Source: Chloroflexota bacterium
GTDB lineage: Bacteria; Chloroflexota; UBA11872; VXOZ01
Length of the DNA: 64,000 bases
NCBI GenBank assembly: GCA_963662335.2
Contig: CAXXVD010000001.1
Coordinates: 480,001 to 544,000, forward strand
Reading direction: 5' to 3'
The translations under genes and the position numbers were made by a program. Each line of letters begins with the position of its first letter. Position 1 is the first letter of the stretch. Positions 18,858 to 29,314 of this stretch are shown here, in pieces. The notes under the pieces are model-generated. The model was not told the origin of the DNA, did not search any database, and saw nothing but the letters and a program-made list of their open reading frames with translations.

Positions 18858-20171
18858 TTAGCAGCGGCGGAAGAGCGCCAGGTTCTCGATATGGTACGTC
18901 TGCGGGAAGAAATCGAAGAGCTCCAACCGCTCCACGCCATACCCCTCCTCCCGCAGGAGCGCCGCGTCGCGGGCCAGGGTGGAGGGCTCGCAGGAGAGGT
19001 AGACGATGCGGCTGGGCGCGCTGCCGGCCACGGCGCGCAGCACGCGCGGATCCAGGCCGGTGCGCGGCGGATCGACGACGACCACGTCCGCGGGCGGCAA
19101 GTCTTGCGTGACCTTTTCCGCGGGCACGTCCCAGAATTCCACGTTGCGCAGCCCCCAGTCTGCCGCCGTCTGCCGCGCCGCCGCTATCGCCTGCCTATCT
19201 ACCTCCACGCCGATCACCCGCCCCGCGTCTTCTGCCATGAAGAGACCAAACACACCGACGCCGCAATAGAGATCGAGCACGGTCTCATGGGACTGCACTC
19301 CCGCCAATGCGCGCATGCGGGAAATGGCAAGCGGCAGCATCTCCACACTGGCCTGGAAGAACGCGCCGGGCGGAAAGCGGAGCGACTTGCCCATGATCTC
19401 AATGCCCACCGGAGCCTCACCGGCGAAAGGCTCCACGCGACCGCTCGGCGTGCGGTAGGAAACACTCAGGGCCTCCGGAATGGCGGCAAGAGCGTTAAGT
19501 GCGGTGCGCAACGCCGGTTCCGCTGCCAGGTCAACATTGCGCACGCCCTCCAGAATGAGGGCGAGTCCGGTGTCTTCACCCCGGGGAATGACGCGCGTCT
19601 CCACCCAATTCCTGCCCCACAAATCCGGCATCCTGCCGTCGCGGATCATCGCATTAAGTGTTCCAAGCAGCTTGGAGATGAGCGGATGGCTGATTGCGCA
19701 CCGCTCGACCTCCACCACGCGCCGGCTGCCGCGCTGCCGGAAGCCCGCTTCGCGCGAGAGCGCGATCTCGCAGCCGTAGCGGTACTCCCAGGGCGACGGC
19801 GGCGTATGCACGGCGTCGATGGCAACGGTTTGCTTGCCAATCCGCGCAAAGTGCTCTTCCACGACCTGCCGCTTCAGGCGCACCTGCGCGGCATACGCTA
19901 TGTGCTGCCACTGGCAGCCGCCGCACGCGCCGTAGTAGGGGCATTCTGGCTCGATCCGGTCCGGCGACGGCTCCAGCGCCTCGACCACGCGCCCGTGCAG
20001 GTACTTCTTGCGCCGCCGTTCGAGTTGCACGCGCACCCGCTCGCCCGGTATGCCGTAGAACGCGAAGACCACCTGCCCGTCCACGCGCCCCACCGCCGGC
20101 CCGCGATGCGCCATGCCGGTGAGCGTCATCTCTACCGGTTCCCGTTGCCGGATCTTACGATCGCGAGCCAT
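18858..20171 (-). CDS. rlmD: 23S rRNA m5U methyltransferase, RlmD/TrmA family (TRAM domain)
   Basis: TRAM N-terminus, CPYYGACGGC Fe-S motif, FFQ, LDLYCGVG, VDPPRTG, YLSCEP and DFFPQTYHIE. Start is uncertain (20171 chosen). Confidence 0.85.
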   Translation of the reverse strand: MARDRKIRQREPVEMTLTGMAHRGPAVGRVDGQVVFAFYGIPGERVRVQLERRRKKYLHGRVVEALEPSPDRIEPECPYYGACGGCQWQHIAYAAQVRLKRQVVEEHFARIGKQTVAIDAVHTPPSPWEYRYGCEIALSREAGFRQRGSRRVVEVERCAISHPLISKLLGTLNAMIRDGRMPDLWGRNWVETRVIPRGEDTGLALILEGVRNVDLAAEPALRTALNALAAIPEALSVSYRTPSGRVEPFAGEAPVGIEIMGKSLRFPPGAFFQASVEMLPLAISRMRALAGVQSHETVLDLYCGVGVFGLFMAEDAGRVIGVEVDRQAIAAARQTAADWGLRNVEFWDVPAEKVTQDLPPADVVVVDPPRTGLDPRVLRAVAGSAPSRIVYLSCEPSTLARDAALLREEGYGVERLELFDFFPQTYHIENLALFRRC

Positions 20172-20566
20172 TGCTTTCCATTCTTCATGCGCTCGTTCAA
20201 CCGACCGCATGCGCTCCGTGTCGAAACGCGCCACGCCTATCACCGGGGCTTCTCTACAGGATTAAACCAAATAAACCGGAGTCACCGCAACGAGCAGGTA
20301 CCGTTTCCTTGCGTTCAGCGGCGTCCGGTCCCGAGCCCTTATTACTCCGATAGTAGCCACATCCGAAAGTTGTCAAATCCGAACGTTGCTAAGTCTGAAG
20401 ATAACCATATATGAAAGTAGCCTAACCACGCCGTTCGCCCTGAGCGGGGTCGAAGGGTGAACGGCGGATTAAGCGGGCTGCAATGCCGAACGCGCCTCTC
20501 CGCGTACATCCTGCGGCAAGGGGTGCGCTATACTGAACCCCAAACCAGTAACCCCGGAGGCGCAAA

Positions 20567-20932
20567 ATGGCTTGGAAGCAGAGCGAAGAGGCGGACGTGA
20601 TGGACTCGCCCGCCATCCACGAAGGGGACGGCGTGATCACCCGCCGGCGGTTCTTCCGGGGCGCCACGCGGCTGCCCGTCAGCGTGGAGGTCTGGGAACT
20701 GCCCCCGGGCGCGAGCGAAGGCTCCCACAGCCACGACGATGACGACACGCTGGAGGAGTTCTACTACTTCCTCGCAGGTCAGGGCGTCATGTGGATGGAC
20801 GGAGAAGAACTGCCGGTCGGGCCGGGCGACGCCGTCATGGTTCCCCCCGGGGTTGACCACGGTTTCCGCAATACCGGCGGCGAGACGCTGAAGGTGCTCC
20901 TGCTCTGGGGCGAGCCGGCGGAAGAGGTGTAG
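20567..20932 (+). CDS. Cupin domain protein
   Basis: LPPGASEGSHSH...EEFYYFLAGQG and VPPGVDHGFRN; GGAGG RBS; TATACT -10 at 20529-20534. Confidence 0.88.
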   Translation: MAWKQSEEADVMDSPAIHEGDGVITRRRFFRGATRLPVSVEVWELPPGASEGSHSHDDDDTLEEFYYFLAGQGVMWMDGEELPVGPGDAVMVPPGVDHGFRNTGGETLKVLLLWGEPAEEV

Positions 20933-20994
20933 CACGCCGTAGGGCGCCATTCCGGTGTGGCGGCGCCCTGCAACAGTACTCAAGGAAGCGACCC

Positions 20995-22182
20995 ATGAAG
21001 ATTACCAACGTACACAGCTACGTGCTGAAGTCGCCGCTGGGCGACCAGGGCTTCTACGCCTCGCAGGAGTCTTTTTCCGAACGCAGCAGTTGCCTGGTGC
21101 GCATCGAGACGGACGCCGGCCTGGTCGGGTGGGGCGAGGCCGGTTTGTGGGGCGCGCCGGAGCCGGTAGCGGCTATGATCGACCACGTGCTCACGCCCCG
21201 CATCACCGGCATGAATCCGCTGCACGTAGACGTCATCTGGGAGAAACTCTACGCCCATATCCGCGACTGGGGACGGCAGGGCACCGCCGTTGAGGCCATC
21301 AGCGGCGTGGACATCGCCTGCTGGGACATCGCGGGACAGGCGCTCCAGCAGCCCATTCACGCGCTGTTGGGCGGCGCGTATCGCGACCGGGTCAAGGCGT
21401 ATGCCACCGGCGGCTACTACAAGGGCGGACCGGAGAAATGGGCGGACACGGGGTTGCTTGCCGCGGAAGTGGAGCGACACGTTGCGACGGGCTTTCGCGC
21501 CCTCAAGATCAAGGTCGGCCTACTCTCAGTCGCTGAAGACCTCGCCCGCGTAAAAGCGGCGCGGCGGGCGTTGGACGGCTGCGCGCCCAGTGGCGAGCGC
21601 TTTCCCTACATGGTGGACGCCAATCACGCCTACCCCCCGCACATAGCCATTACCGTCGGCCGCGGCCTGGAAGAAGAAGACACGCTGTGGTTCGAGGAAC
21701 CGGTAATCCCCGAAGACCGCCGCGGCTACCGCCAGGTGGCCGAGACGCTGGATCTGGCTATAGCGGCCGGCGAGTGCGAGCACACGCGCTACTGCTTCCG
21801 CGACCTGATGCTGGACGGCGGCATCGACATCGCGCAACCGGACATCTGCGGTACCGGCGGCATCTCGGAGGCGGTGAAGATTGCCACCCTGGCGCGCACG
21901 TTTGGCGTGCAGGTGATTCCCCACGTTTGGGGCTCCGGCGTCGCCCTGGCCGCCGCGCTCCACTTCATCGCCTCCTTGCCGCCCAGTCCCCACACCGCCA
22001 ACCCCCTGCCGGCCCTCAACGAACCGATGCTGGAATTCGACCGCAATCCCAACCCCCTGCGCGATACGTTGCTGCGCGAACCCTTCACCCTGGAGGACGA
22101 CGGCACGGTGCTGATACCCCAGCGGCCGGGACTGGGCATCAAGGTGGATGAATCAGTGGTGGCGCAGTACGGGCCGCAATGA
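20995..22182 (+). CDS. Mandelate racemase/muconate lactonizing enzyme family protein
   Basis: AISGVDIACWD, KIKVG, MVDAN, WFEEP, AAGE, QPD, IPH and LEFD. Confidence 0.9.
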   Translation: MKITNVHSYVLKSPLGDQGFYASQESFSERSSCLVRIETDAGLVGWGEAGLWGAPEPVAAMIDHVLTPRITGMNPLHVDVIWEKLYAHIRDWGRQGTAVEAISGVDIACWDIAGQALQQPIHALLGGAYRDRVKAYATGGYYKGGPEKWADTGLLAAEVERHVATGFRALKIKVGLLSVAEDLARVKAARRALDGCAPSGERFPYMVDANHAYPPHIAITVGRGLEEEDTLWFEEPVIPEDRRGYRQVAETLDLAIAAGECEHTRYCFRDLMLDGGIDIAQPDICGTGGISEAVKIATLARTFGVQVIPHVWGSGVALAAALHFIASLPPSPHTANPLPALNEPMLEFDRNPNPLRDTLLREPFTLEDDGTVLIPQRPGLGIKVDESVVAQYGPQ

Positions 22183-22206
22183 CAAGAGGGAACCGGATAT
22201 GGCGCG

Positions 22207-23340
22207 CTAGGCGAAGCGTCCCAGGCCGAACATCCCGATGTCGTGGCGCGAACCGCCGTCAAGCGCCAGTTCGGCCATGATTTCGCCCACCACGCTGCAA
22301 AACTTGAAGCCATGGCCGGAGAAGCCCGCTCCAATCGTCACGTTCTCGTGCTCGGGATGGCGGTCCATGATGAAGTGCCCGTCCGGCGTATTCGTAAACA
22401 TGCACGGTTTCAGCGCCAGCGTCGCGCCCATGCCGCCGGTCATGTACTGGTGCGCGCCAGTGCGGAGCGCCGCTTCATCCTCCGGGTGGCAGGCGCGATC
22501 CACGTCGTCCGGCGCGGTGTCTTGCCGCAGGTGGTGGTAGAGGCCGATCTTGAAGCCCGGTATCCCGTGTATGGGAAAGCCGTAGTAGTGCCCTTCCGGC
22601 ACGAGCATGTTGAAGACCGGGAAGCGCTCGCGCGTGAAGAGTTCCGGCTGCGCCGGCTGGAACCAGCCCATCACCTGGCGTTCCGGCACGGCGTGGCCGT
22701 TCAGGCGCGCCAGCAGGGATTGGCTCCACGCGCCGGCCGTGAAGACCAGCCGCTGGGCGGCATAGGCGGCGCGGCTGGTGCGCACGGTCACGCCGCCGCC
22801 TTCCGCCCGCCACTCCAGCACCGGCTCCCGCGCCCGCACCTCGGCCCCCAGCGCCTGCGCCTGCATCACGTGCTGCACGATGCACCGCTCCGAAAGAAGA
22901 AAGCCGCCGTCGGGCTGCCAGACGGCCATCATCTCCGGCGGCAGCGCGAAGCCCGGGAAGCGCCGCGTCAACTCCGCGCTGGTGAGCACGTCGTGGGGCA
23001 GCGCGTGCTCGGCGCACGAGCGCACAGAACCTTTGAAGACAAACGAATCCGGCGCGCCGGCGTCGATCGAGCCGGTGATGTAGAGCAGTTGCTCGCCGCC
23101 AGCCTGCTCCAATTCGCGCCAGAGCGCGTACGCCCGCGCCAGCAGCGGCACGTACGACGGATGTTCGAAATACGTCAACCGGATCACCCGGTTCACGCCG
23201 TGGGACGAGCCCATTTCGTGGGGCACGTCGAACTGTTCCAAGCCGAGCACGCGCTCGCCCCGCCGCGCCAAGTGGTAGACCGCGGCGCTGCCCATGCCGC
23301 CTACGCCAACCACGATCGTATCGAAATGCTCTGCCTTCAT
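22207..23340 (-). CDS. solA: Monomeric sarcosine oxidase / N-methyl-L-tryptophan oxidase
   Basis: VVGVGGMGSA, GSSHG..R.IR, CMFTNTPD (covalent-FAD Cys) and GFSGHGFKF. Confidence 0.88.
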   Translation of the reverse strand: MKAEHFDTIVVGVGGMGSAAVYHLARRGERVLGLEQFDVPHEMGSSHGVNRVIRLTYFEHPSYVPLLARAYALWRELEQAGGEQLLYITGSIDAGAPDSFVFKGSVRSCAEHALPHDVLTSAELTRRFPGFALPPEMMAVWQPDGGFLLSERCIVQHVMQAQALGAEVRAREPVLEWRAEGGGVTVRTSRAAYAAQRLVFTAGAWSQSLLARLNGHAVPERQVMGWFQPAQPELFTRERFPVFNMLVPEGHYYGFPIHGIPGFKIGLYHHLRQDTAPDDVDRACHPEDEAALRTGAHQYMTGGMGATLALKPCMFTNTPDGHFIMDRHPEHENVTIGAGFSGHGFKFCSVVGEIMAELALDGGSRHDIGMFGLGRFA

Positions 23341-23357
23341 CGGCTCATACCTCGCAG

Positions 23358-24248
23358 CTAGAGAATTGGTTCGGGCCGGATTGGCTCCAGCGGTATTTCC
23401 ATCAAGTCCTCACCCAGGATTATAGTACCCGCAAAGACCGCCGCCGCTTCCGCTACCATGCGCTCGCGGATGCCCGGCAGCACGATTTGCTCCGTAAGGT
23501 GGGTCAAGACCAGCTTGTCCACGCCGGCCGCGGCCGCCGTGCGCGCCGCGTCCAGGTGGCCGGAGCAGGACGACGTCAGGCGCGGGTCCGTCTCCACGTC
23601 GTTGAGGAAGTGGCACATGTGCAGGAGCGCGTCCGCGCCTTGCGCCAGTTCCACAAGCTGCGGGTTCGGCGCGGTATCGCCCGTGACCACGATGCTGCCT
23701 TCAGGGCAGTTGAAGCGGTAGGCTACCGAATGAAGATACGGCTGGCAGTGCGCCATCTCCGCCACCGCCACCTGCCAACCGCCGCCGTCGATCGCCGCGC
23801 CGCCGCTCACTTCCCGCACCTGGGGCGCGGGCCGTTGGCGCGGGAGTTTACCGCCGCGATGCTCGTAGATGAGGTGGCTGCCCGGATGCAACGTGCGCCC
23901 GGCCAGGTCGGCCTGATACGCGCCCTCTTCGCCAAACAGCAGTTGCGTCATGCGCGCGGCGCCGGCCGGTCCGTAGACCTGCAAATCGGGTATCTGCCCC
24001 GCCCCCTGGTCCCAGCGCGTGAGCGTCAGGTAGGCGTAGTCCATGCAGTGGTCGTAGTGCAGGTGGGTGAGAAAGAGGTGGCTGACCCGCGTCGGCGGCA
24101 CGCCCGCCGCCAGCAGCCGCCGCACCGCCGCCGGCCCGCAGTCGAACAAGAGCGTCGCGTCCTCGCGCTCGACCAAGAAACTCGCCCCGCCGCGCTCCAA
24201 AGAAGGCGTGGGCGTGCCCGTGCCCAGCAGAGTCAGTCGCAGTGACAT
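23358..24248 (-). CDS. MBL-fold metallo-hydrolase (RNase Z/AtsA-like)
   Basis: LLGTGTP, FDCG, THLHYDH, TGDT and VLTH; start set at ATG 24248. Confidence 0.85.
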   Translation of the reverse strand: MSLRLTLLGTGTPTPSLERGGASFLVEREDATLLFDCGPAAVRRLLAAGVPPTRVSHLFLTHLHYDHCMDYAYLTLTRWDQGAGQIPDLQVYGPAGAARMTQLLFGEEGAYQADLAGRTLHPGSHLIYEHRGGKLPRQRPAPQVREVSGGAAIDGGGWQVAVAEMAHCQPYLHSVAYRFNCPEGSIVVTGDTAPNPQLVELAQGADALLHMCHFLNDVETDPRLTSSCSGHLDAARTAAAAGVDKLVLTHLTEQIVLPGIRERMVAEAAAVFAGTIILGEDLMEIPLEPIRPEPIL

Positions 24249-24551
24249 AGTGGCTTTGCCTCGCTGCCCCAGCGGCGCGCGACGAACCGGCGGCGCTTGC
24301 CGCCGGCGCCATCTGGTGCGCGCCGTATGTTTCCTTGCGAGCATCATACCCTGTTTCATGTTGCCGCCGCCCGCGCCGCTCGCCGCCGTGCTGCGCGTGT
24401 CCCGCTGTCCGTCCCACCGCCAATGCCGCAAACTACACGCTGGCAAGACACTCCTACACGTTAGCGCAAACGAAATGCACAGAATTGCGGCGCAGCTACG
24501 CGGGACTGCCCGAAAAATACACACTTTGAAGTCCATTGCGCGGGTTCAGAC

Positions 24552-24580
24552 TTGACGCGCACCACCGGAGATTCTATAAT
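24552..24580 (+). promoter_or_regulatory. sigma70 promoter of groEL
   Basis: TTGACG-N17-TATAAT, near consensus. Confidence 0.85.
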
Positions 24581-24650
24581 GCACTTAACACCGCACTACA
24601 GATTCGCGGTGTAAATTGGTGTATTGCACGAGAAGGAGACATCTACGCCA

Positions 24651-26282
24651 ATGGCAAAGCAGGTTGTATTGGACGAGGAAGCCCGGCGCGCGCTGATGGG
24701 CGGCATCGAGAAGGTGGCCGACGCGGTTGAGTCCACCCTCGGCCCCAAGGGGCGCAACGTAGCCCTGGGCAAGAAGTACGGCGCGCCGGTGGTGACCCAC
24801 GACGGCGTTACCGTGGCCAAGGAGATCGAGCTCGAGGACGGGCTTGAGAACGTCGGCGCCCAACTGATCAAGGAAGCGGCGAGCAAGACCAACGACATCG
24901 CCGGCGACGGCACCACCACCGCCACCGTGCTCGCGCACACGCTCATCAACGAGGGTCACCGCAACGTGGTGGCCGGTGTCAACCCCATGATCATGAAGCG
25001 CGGCCTGGAGCAGGCCACCCGCGTCGTGGTCGACGAACTGCGGTCGATTGCCACGCCGGTTACGGGCAAAGCCCAGGTGGCCGAAGTGGCCTCCATTTCC
25101 GCCGCCGACGGCGAAATCGGCGACCTCATCGGCGACGTGATGGACAAGGTCGGCAAAGACGGCGTCATCACGGTGGAAGAGGGTCGCGGCATCGGCTTCT
25201 CGGTCGAGTTCGTGGAGGGTATGGAGTTCGACCGGGGCTACATCTCGCCCTACTTCGTCACCAACTCCGACCGCATGGAAGCCTCCATCGAGGACCCGTA
25301 CATCTTCATCACCGACAAGAAGCTGAGCGCCGGCAACGACGTGCTGCCGCTGCTCGAGAAGTTCGTGCAGGGCGGCCAGAAGAACCTGGTCGTGATTGCA
25401 GAAGACGTCGAGGGTGAAGCCCTGGCGATGATGGTGGTCAACAAGATGCGCGGCGTGCTGAACTGCGTCGCCATCAAGGCCCCCGGCTACGGCGACCGCC
25501 GCAAGGAAATGCTGCAGGACATCGCGGTGCTCACCGGCGGCCAGGTGATTTCCGAGGAACTGGGACGCCGCCTGGACCAGGTGATGATCGAGGATCTCGG
25601 CCGCGCCCGCCGCGTGGTCTCCGATAAGGACAACACCACGTTCGTCGAGGGCCACGGCGAATCCGAGGAAGTCAAGGGCCGCATCAACCAGATCAAGGCG
25701 CAGGTGGAAGAGACCACCAGCGACTACGACCGCGAGAAGCTGGAAGAGCGCGTGGCCAAGATGTCCGGCGGCGTGGCCGTCATCAACGTCGGCGCCGCTA
25801 CCGAGATCGAGCTGAAAGAGAAGAAGCACCGCGTCGAGGACGCCCTTTCGGCCACCCGCGCCGCGGTCGAGGAAGGCATCGTGCCCGGCGGCGGTATCGC
25901 GCTGCTGAACGCGCTGCCCGCGCTGGACGGCCTGAAGCTGGACGGCGATGAAGGCGTGGCGGTGACCATCATGCGTCGCGCGCTGGAAGCGCCCATCCGC
26001 CGCATCTCCCAGAACGCCGGCCAGGACGGCTCGGTGATCGCCCAGGAAGTGCGCCGCCTTTCCAAGAGCCGCCGCAACAAGAACGTTGGCTTCAACGTCC
26101 TCTCCGGCGAGTACGTTGACATGATCGAGTCGGGCATTATCGACCCGCTGAAGGTCACCCGCTCGGCAGTCGAGAACGCGGCCTCGGTCGCGGCGATGGT
26201 GCTCACCACCGACGCGCTGGTGGTGGACATTCCCGAGCCGCCCGCGCCCGCGCCGGCCGGCGACGAGGGCATGCCCTACTAG
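24651..26282 (+). CDS. groEL: Chaperonin GroEL (no adjacent groES)
   Basis: [44 protein letters not shown] and GIIDP; AAGGAG RBS before ATG 24651. Confidence 0.98.
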   Translation: MAKQVVLDEEARRALMGGIEKVADAVESTLGPKGRNVALGKKYGAPVVTHDGVTVAKEIELEDGLENVGAQLIKEAASKTNDIAGDGTTTATVLAHTLINEGHRNVVAGVNPMIMKRGLEQATRVVVDELRSIATPVTGKAQVAEVASISAADGEIGDLIGDVMDKVGKDGVITVEEGRGIGFSVEFVEGMEFDRGYISPYFVTNSDRMEASIEDPYIFITDKKLSAGNDVLPLLEKFVQGGQKNLVVIAEDVEGEALAMMVVNKMRGVLNCVAIKAPGYGDRRKEMLQDIAVLTGGQVISEELGRRLDQVMIEDLGRARRVVSDKDNTTFVEGHGESEEVKGRINQIKAQVEETTSDYDREKLEERVAKMSGGVAVINVGAATEIELKEKKHRVEDALSATRAAVEEGIVPGGGIALLNALPALDGLKLDGDEGVAVTIMRRALEAPIRRISQNAGQDGSVIAQEVRRLSKSRRNKNVGFNVLSGEYVDMIESGIIDPLKVTRSAVENAASVAAMVLTTDALVVDIPEPPAPAPAGDEGMPY

Positions 26283-26312
26283 GGTAATCGCTTTCTCGCT
26301 TGCGAGAAAGGC

Positions 26313-26342
26313 AAAGAGGCTCCCCGAACGGGGAGCCTCTTT
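26313..26342 (+). terminator. Rho-independent terminator after groEL, probably bidirectional
   Basis: AAAGAGGCTCCCC-GAAC-GGGGAGCCTCTTT perfect hairpin. Confidence 0.85.
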
Positions 26343-26393
26343 CTAGTTGCATAGGCGTGTTTCTTGCATACGCGCGTGGCTCTCTTGGATCCG

Positions 26394-26525
26394 GTAGCGT
26401 AGGTTTGTAACCTGCGCCAGGCGGGGGACAAGCCCCCGCGCTACGTCACGATGGCATGAGAAGGCGTATTCCGCGTTTCGAGCGCTAGCGCGACGGGGTA
26501 GGGGCACGACATGTCGTGCCCCTAC
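26394..26525. repeat. REP cluster, families D, A (inverted) and B
   Basis: GTAGCGTAGGTTTGTAACCTGCGC at 26394, GCGGGGGACAAGCCCCCGCGCTAC at 26421-26444, family B palindrome at 26498-26525. Confidence 0.88.
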
Positions 26526-26592
26526 CCCGTCTTGCACGCATTCCCCGTCACCGCAGGGAGATGGAATCTTGATACCCGCAAAGCGCGGGCGC

Positions 26593-29043
26593 TCAGCCGC
26601 GCAGTTTGGCGTGGCCGGGGTCGTACAGGGGTTCTTCCGTAACGGTGGCTGCGTAACGCTCGCCAAAGTACTCGATTTCCACTTTAGCGCCCGCGGTCGC
26701 ATAGGCAGTCGGCAGGTACCCGTACGCGATGCTCTTGCCCACGGAATAGCCGAAATTGGCGCTGGTCACGTAGCCCAACGCGCGCTCGCCGTCGAGAATC
26801 GGCTCCTTGCCCATCACGACGTGGGCAGGATCGTCCAGTGTGAGGCAGCAGAGCCGCCGTTCGATGCCGGCGTCCCGGCTGCGCACCAGCGCCTCGCGGC
26901 CAAGAAAATCGCCTTTGTTGAGTTTAACCGCCCAGCCCAGGCCGGCCTCGTACGGGTTGTACTCCGTGTGAATATCCGCGCCCCAGAGGCGGTAGCCCTT
27001 CTCCAGGCGCAGCGATTCGAACGCGCCGCCGCCGCCCGCGACGATGCCAAACGGCTGCCCCGCTTCCCAGAGCGCGTCCCAGACGCCCAGGCCGTATTCG
27101 GTGGGCACATAGATCTCCCACCCCAGTTCGCCCACGTAGGAGACGCGCAGCGCCCGCGCCGGGGCCGCGCCGATGGTGATGGGCTTGCTGCCAAAGTAGG
27201 GCAAGGCGCGGTTGGATACGTCTTCCGCGCACACCCGTTGCAGAACGTCCCGCGCCCGCGGCCCCCACAGGCCGAGACCGCAGTGCGCGGCCGTGACGTC
27301 GTCGATCCGCACCGAACCGTCAGCGGGCGCGTGGCGGCGCAGCCACGCCAGGTCTCGCAGGCCGCTCGCGCCGCCGGTGAGCACGAGAAAGCGGTCCCGC
27401 GCCAGCCGCGTGAGCGTCAGGTCGCACTGGATGCCGCCGTTCCGGTTCAGCAGCGCCGTGTAGACCACCTTGCCCACCGGCCGGTCGATCCGGTTCGCGG
27501 TAAGGGAGTCCAGAAAGTCCAGCGCGCCCGGCCCGCCGACCTCGATCTTGGTAAAGGCGCTCAGGTCGTAGAGGGCGACGCGCTCGCGGGTGGCGCGGTG
27601 TTCGCCGGCCTGGATGGGACTCCAGAACCGCGCTTCCCAGCCGGAGCGGGCCGGCGCGGAATCTTCCGCAACTAAATCCGCATTGGCTTCGAACCACTGG
27701 GGCCGTTCCCAACCGGCGCTCTCGAAGCAGACCGCGCCCAACGCCTCGAACCGCGGCTGGAAGGGACTCTGCCGCACGCCGCGCGGGTTCTCCAACTGCT
27801 GGAGCGGATGGATGATGTCGTAGACCTCGCGGTACTGCTGCGCGCCCCGCGCCTGCACGTACGCCGGCGTGTGCGCGTGGGCGGGAAAGCGGTGGTAGTC
27901 CGCTTCCCGCAGATCCAGGCGCGTCGTGCCCTCGTCCATCCACTCGGCCACCACGTTGCCCACGCCGCCGCCGTGGGTAATCCACACCGCTTCGGCGATC
28001 CACAGGCCCGCCGCGCCCGGCGCTTCTCCGAGAATTGGCTGGCCGTCCGGCGTGAACGAGAACATGCCGTTGAAGGCGTCGGTAAACTCCACGTCGCGCA
28101 GCGCGGGAAAAAGCTCGCCGGCCGCCTCCCGCGCCACCGCGAAGTGTTCCGGCGTAAAGTCCATCATCGCCGGCGCGCGCGGGGCCGCCGCCGGGCTGAG
28201 AATGTCGTCCGAATCCACCGGCAGCGGCTCGTGTTTGTACGACCCAATGCCGTAGCCGTCGGCCTGCTGCCGGAAATACATGGCGTAGTCCTGGTGCCGC
28301 ACGATTGGGTGCGCAACCTCGCGGGTCTCGCCGCGCAGCGCGGGCAGCGGCGCGGTGCGGGTGTACTGGTGCTGCACCGGCAGCAGCGGGATTGACACGC
28401 CGGCCATGCGACCCACGCGCGGCCCCCAGATGCCGGCGCAGATGAGCACCTGCTCGGCCTCGATGCGGCCCGCCGTGGTCTCCACACCCCGCACGCGCCC
28501 GCCTTTCACCACGATGTCCGTAACGGCGGTGTTGCCATGGAACGCCGCGCCATGTTCTTGGGCGTAGCGGGACATGGCCTCGCCGGCGCGCACCGGCTTG
28601 GCGATGCCGTCGCTGGGCACGTAGTACGCGCCGTGAATGACGCTGGGGTCGAGCAGCGGCACGAGGTCGTGTGTTTCCTGTGGCGAAACCAGGCGCCCTT
28701 CCAGCCCATAAGCCGTGGCAAAACCCCGCTTGCGGTGCAGGTCCTGCCAGCGCGCCTCGGTATATGCCACTTCCAGGCTGCCGACGCCGTACCAACTCGG
28801 CAGGCCGTCCAGTTCCAACCCGCCGTAGAGCGCCACCGTATCTTTGGCCAGGGTGGTCATCAGCTTGGATGAGTTGGTCTGGAAAACCAGGCCGGGCGCG
28901 TGGGAGGTGGAACCGCCGGTGTCGAACAGCGGCCCCTGGTCCACCACCACGATGTCGCGCCAGCCGCGCCGGGTGAGGTGATAGGCCACGCTGCACCCCA
29001 CGATACCGGCGCCAATTATGACAAGCCGCGCGTGAGACTGCAC
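26593..29043 (-). CDS. Dimethylglycine dehydrogenase/oxidase-like protein (FAD domain plus GcvT folate-binding domain)
   Basis: IIGAGIVG, GGSTSHAPG (covalent-FAD His), FSFTPDG, AVWITHGGG, GWERP, SYVGELGWE and SLRLEKGY; 816 aa; GAGGAG RBS. Confidence 0.88.
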   Translation of the reverse strand: MQSHARLVIIGAGIVGCSVAYHLTRRGWRDIVVVDQGPLFDTGGSTSHAPGLVFQTNSSKLMTTLAKDTVALYGGLELDGLPSWYGVGSLEVAYTEARWQDLHRKRGFATAYGLEGRLVSPQETHDLVPLLDPSVIHGAYYVPSDGIAKPVRAGEAMSRYAQEHGAAFHGNTAVTDIVVKGGRVRGVETTAGRIEAEQVLICAGIWGPRVGRMAGVSIPLLPVQHQYTRTAPLPALRGETREVAHPIVRHQDYAMYFRQQADGYGIGSYKHEPLPVDSDDILSPAAAPRAPAMMDFTPEHFAVAREAAGELFPALRDVEFTDAFNGMFSFTPDGQPILGEAPGAAGLWIAEAVWITHGGGVGNVVAEWMDEGTTRLDLREADYHRFPAHAHTPAYVQARGAQQYREVYDIIHPLQQLENPRGVRQSPFQPRFEALGAVCFESAGWERPQWFEANADLVAEDSAPARSGWEARFWSPIQAGEHRATRERVALYDLSAFTKIEVGGPGALDFLDSLTANRIDRPVGKVVYTALLNRNGGIQCDLTLTRLARDRFLVLTGGASGLRDLAWLRRHAPADGSVRIDDVTAAHCGLGLWGPRARDVLQRVCAEDVSNRALPYFGSKPITIGAAPARALRVSYVGELGWEIYVPTEYGLGVWDALWEAGQPFGIVAGGGGAFESLRLEKGYRLWGADIHTEYNPYEAGLGWAVKLNKGDFLGREALVRSRDAGIERRLCCLTLDDPAHVVMGKEPILDGERALGYVTSANFGYSVGKSIAYGYLPTAYATAGAKVEIEYFGERYAATVTEEPLYDPGHAKLRG

Positions 29044-29265
29044 GGTAGAATCTCCTCAGGTATGCCTTTGCAATGGGTACGAAGGGTAAGCAGACGCCAT
29101 CCTGTCGCGTGAGGGCGTCAGGACAGAACACGTCGAGCCGCGACACATTGGGGTACAGATTCTGGGCCGCGACGCCCCGGCGCGGGACATGTCCGGGCGC
29201 CGCGCGTGCAGCCGCAACGTGTTGGCGCGCGACGTGTCCGGGCGCAACGTAATCGGACAACCCGT

Positions 29266-29293
29266 GTAGGGGCACGGCATGCCGTGCCCCTAC
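29266..29293. repeat. REP family B variant
   Basis: GTAGGGGCACGGCATGCCGTGCCCCTAC, a perfect palindrome with compensatory changes relative to the common copy. Confidence 0.85.
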
Positions 29294-29314
29294 ACGTCTA
29301 TCGCACCATGCGCC

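Noticed and set aside
20244-20425. AT-rich intergenic tract as a possible small RNA gene
   Set aside because: No tRNA-like or other recognisable structure; consistent with a divergent promoter region.
29044-29265. Glycine riboswitch upstream of the GcvT-family gene
   Set aside because: The GGAGA...CCGAAG...CTCAGG pattern is not present on the coding strand.
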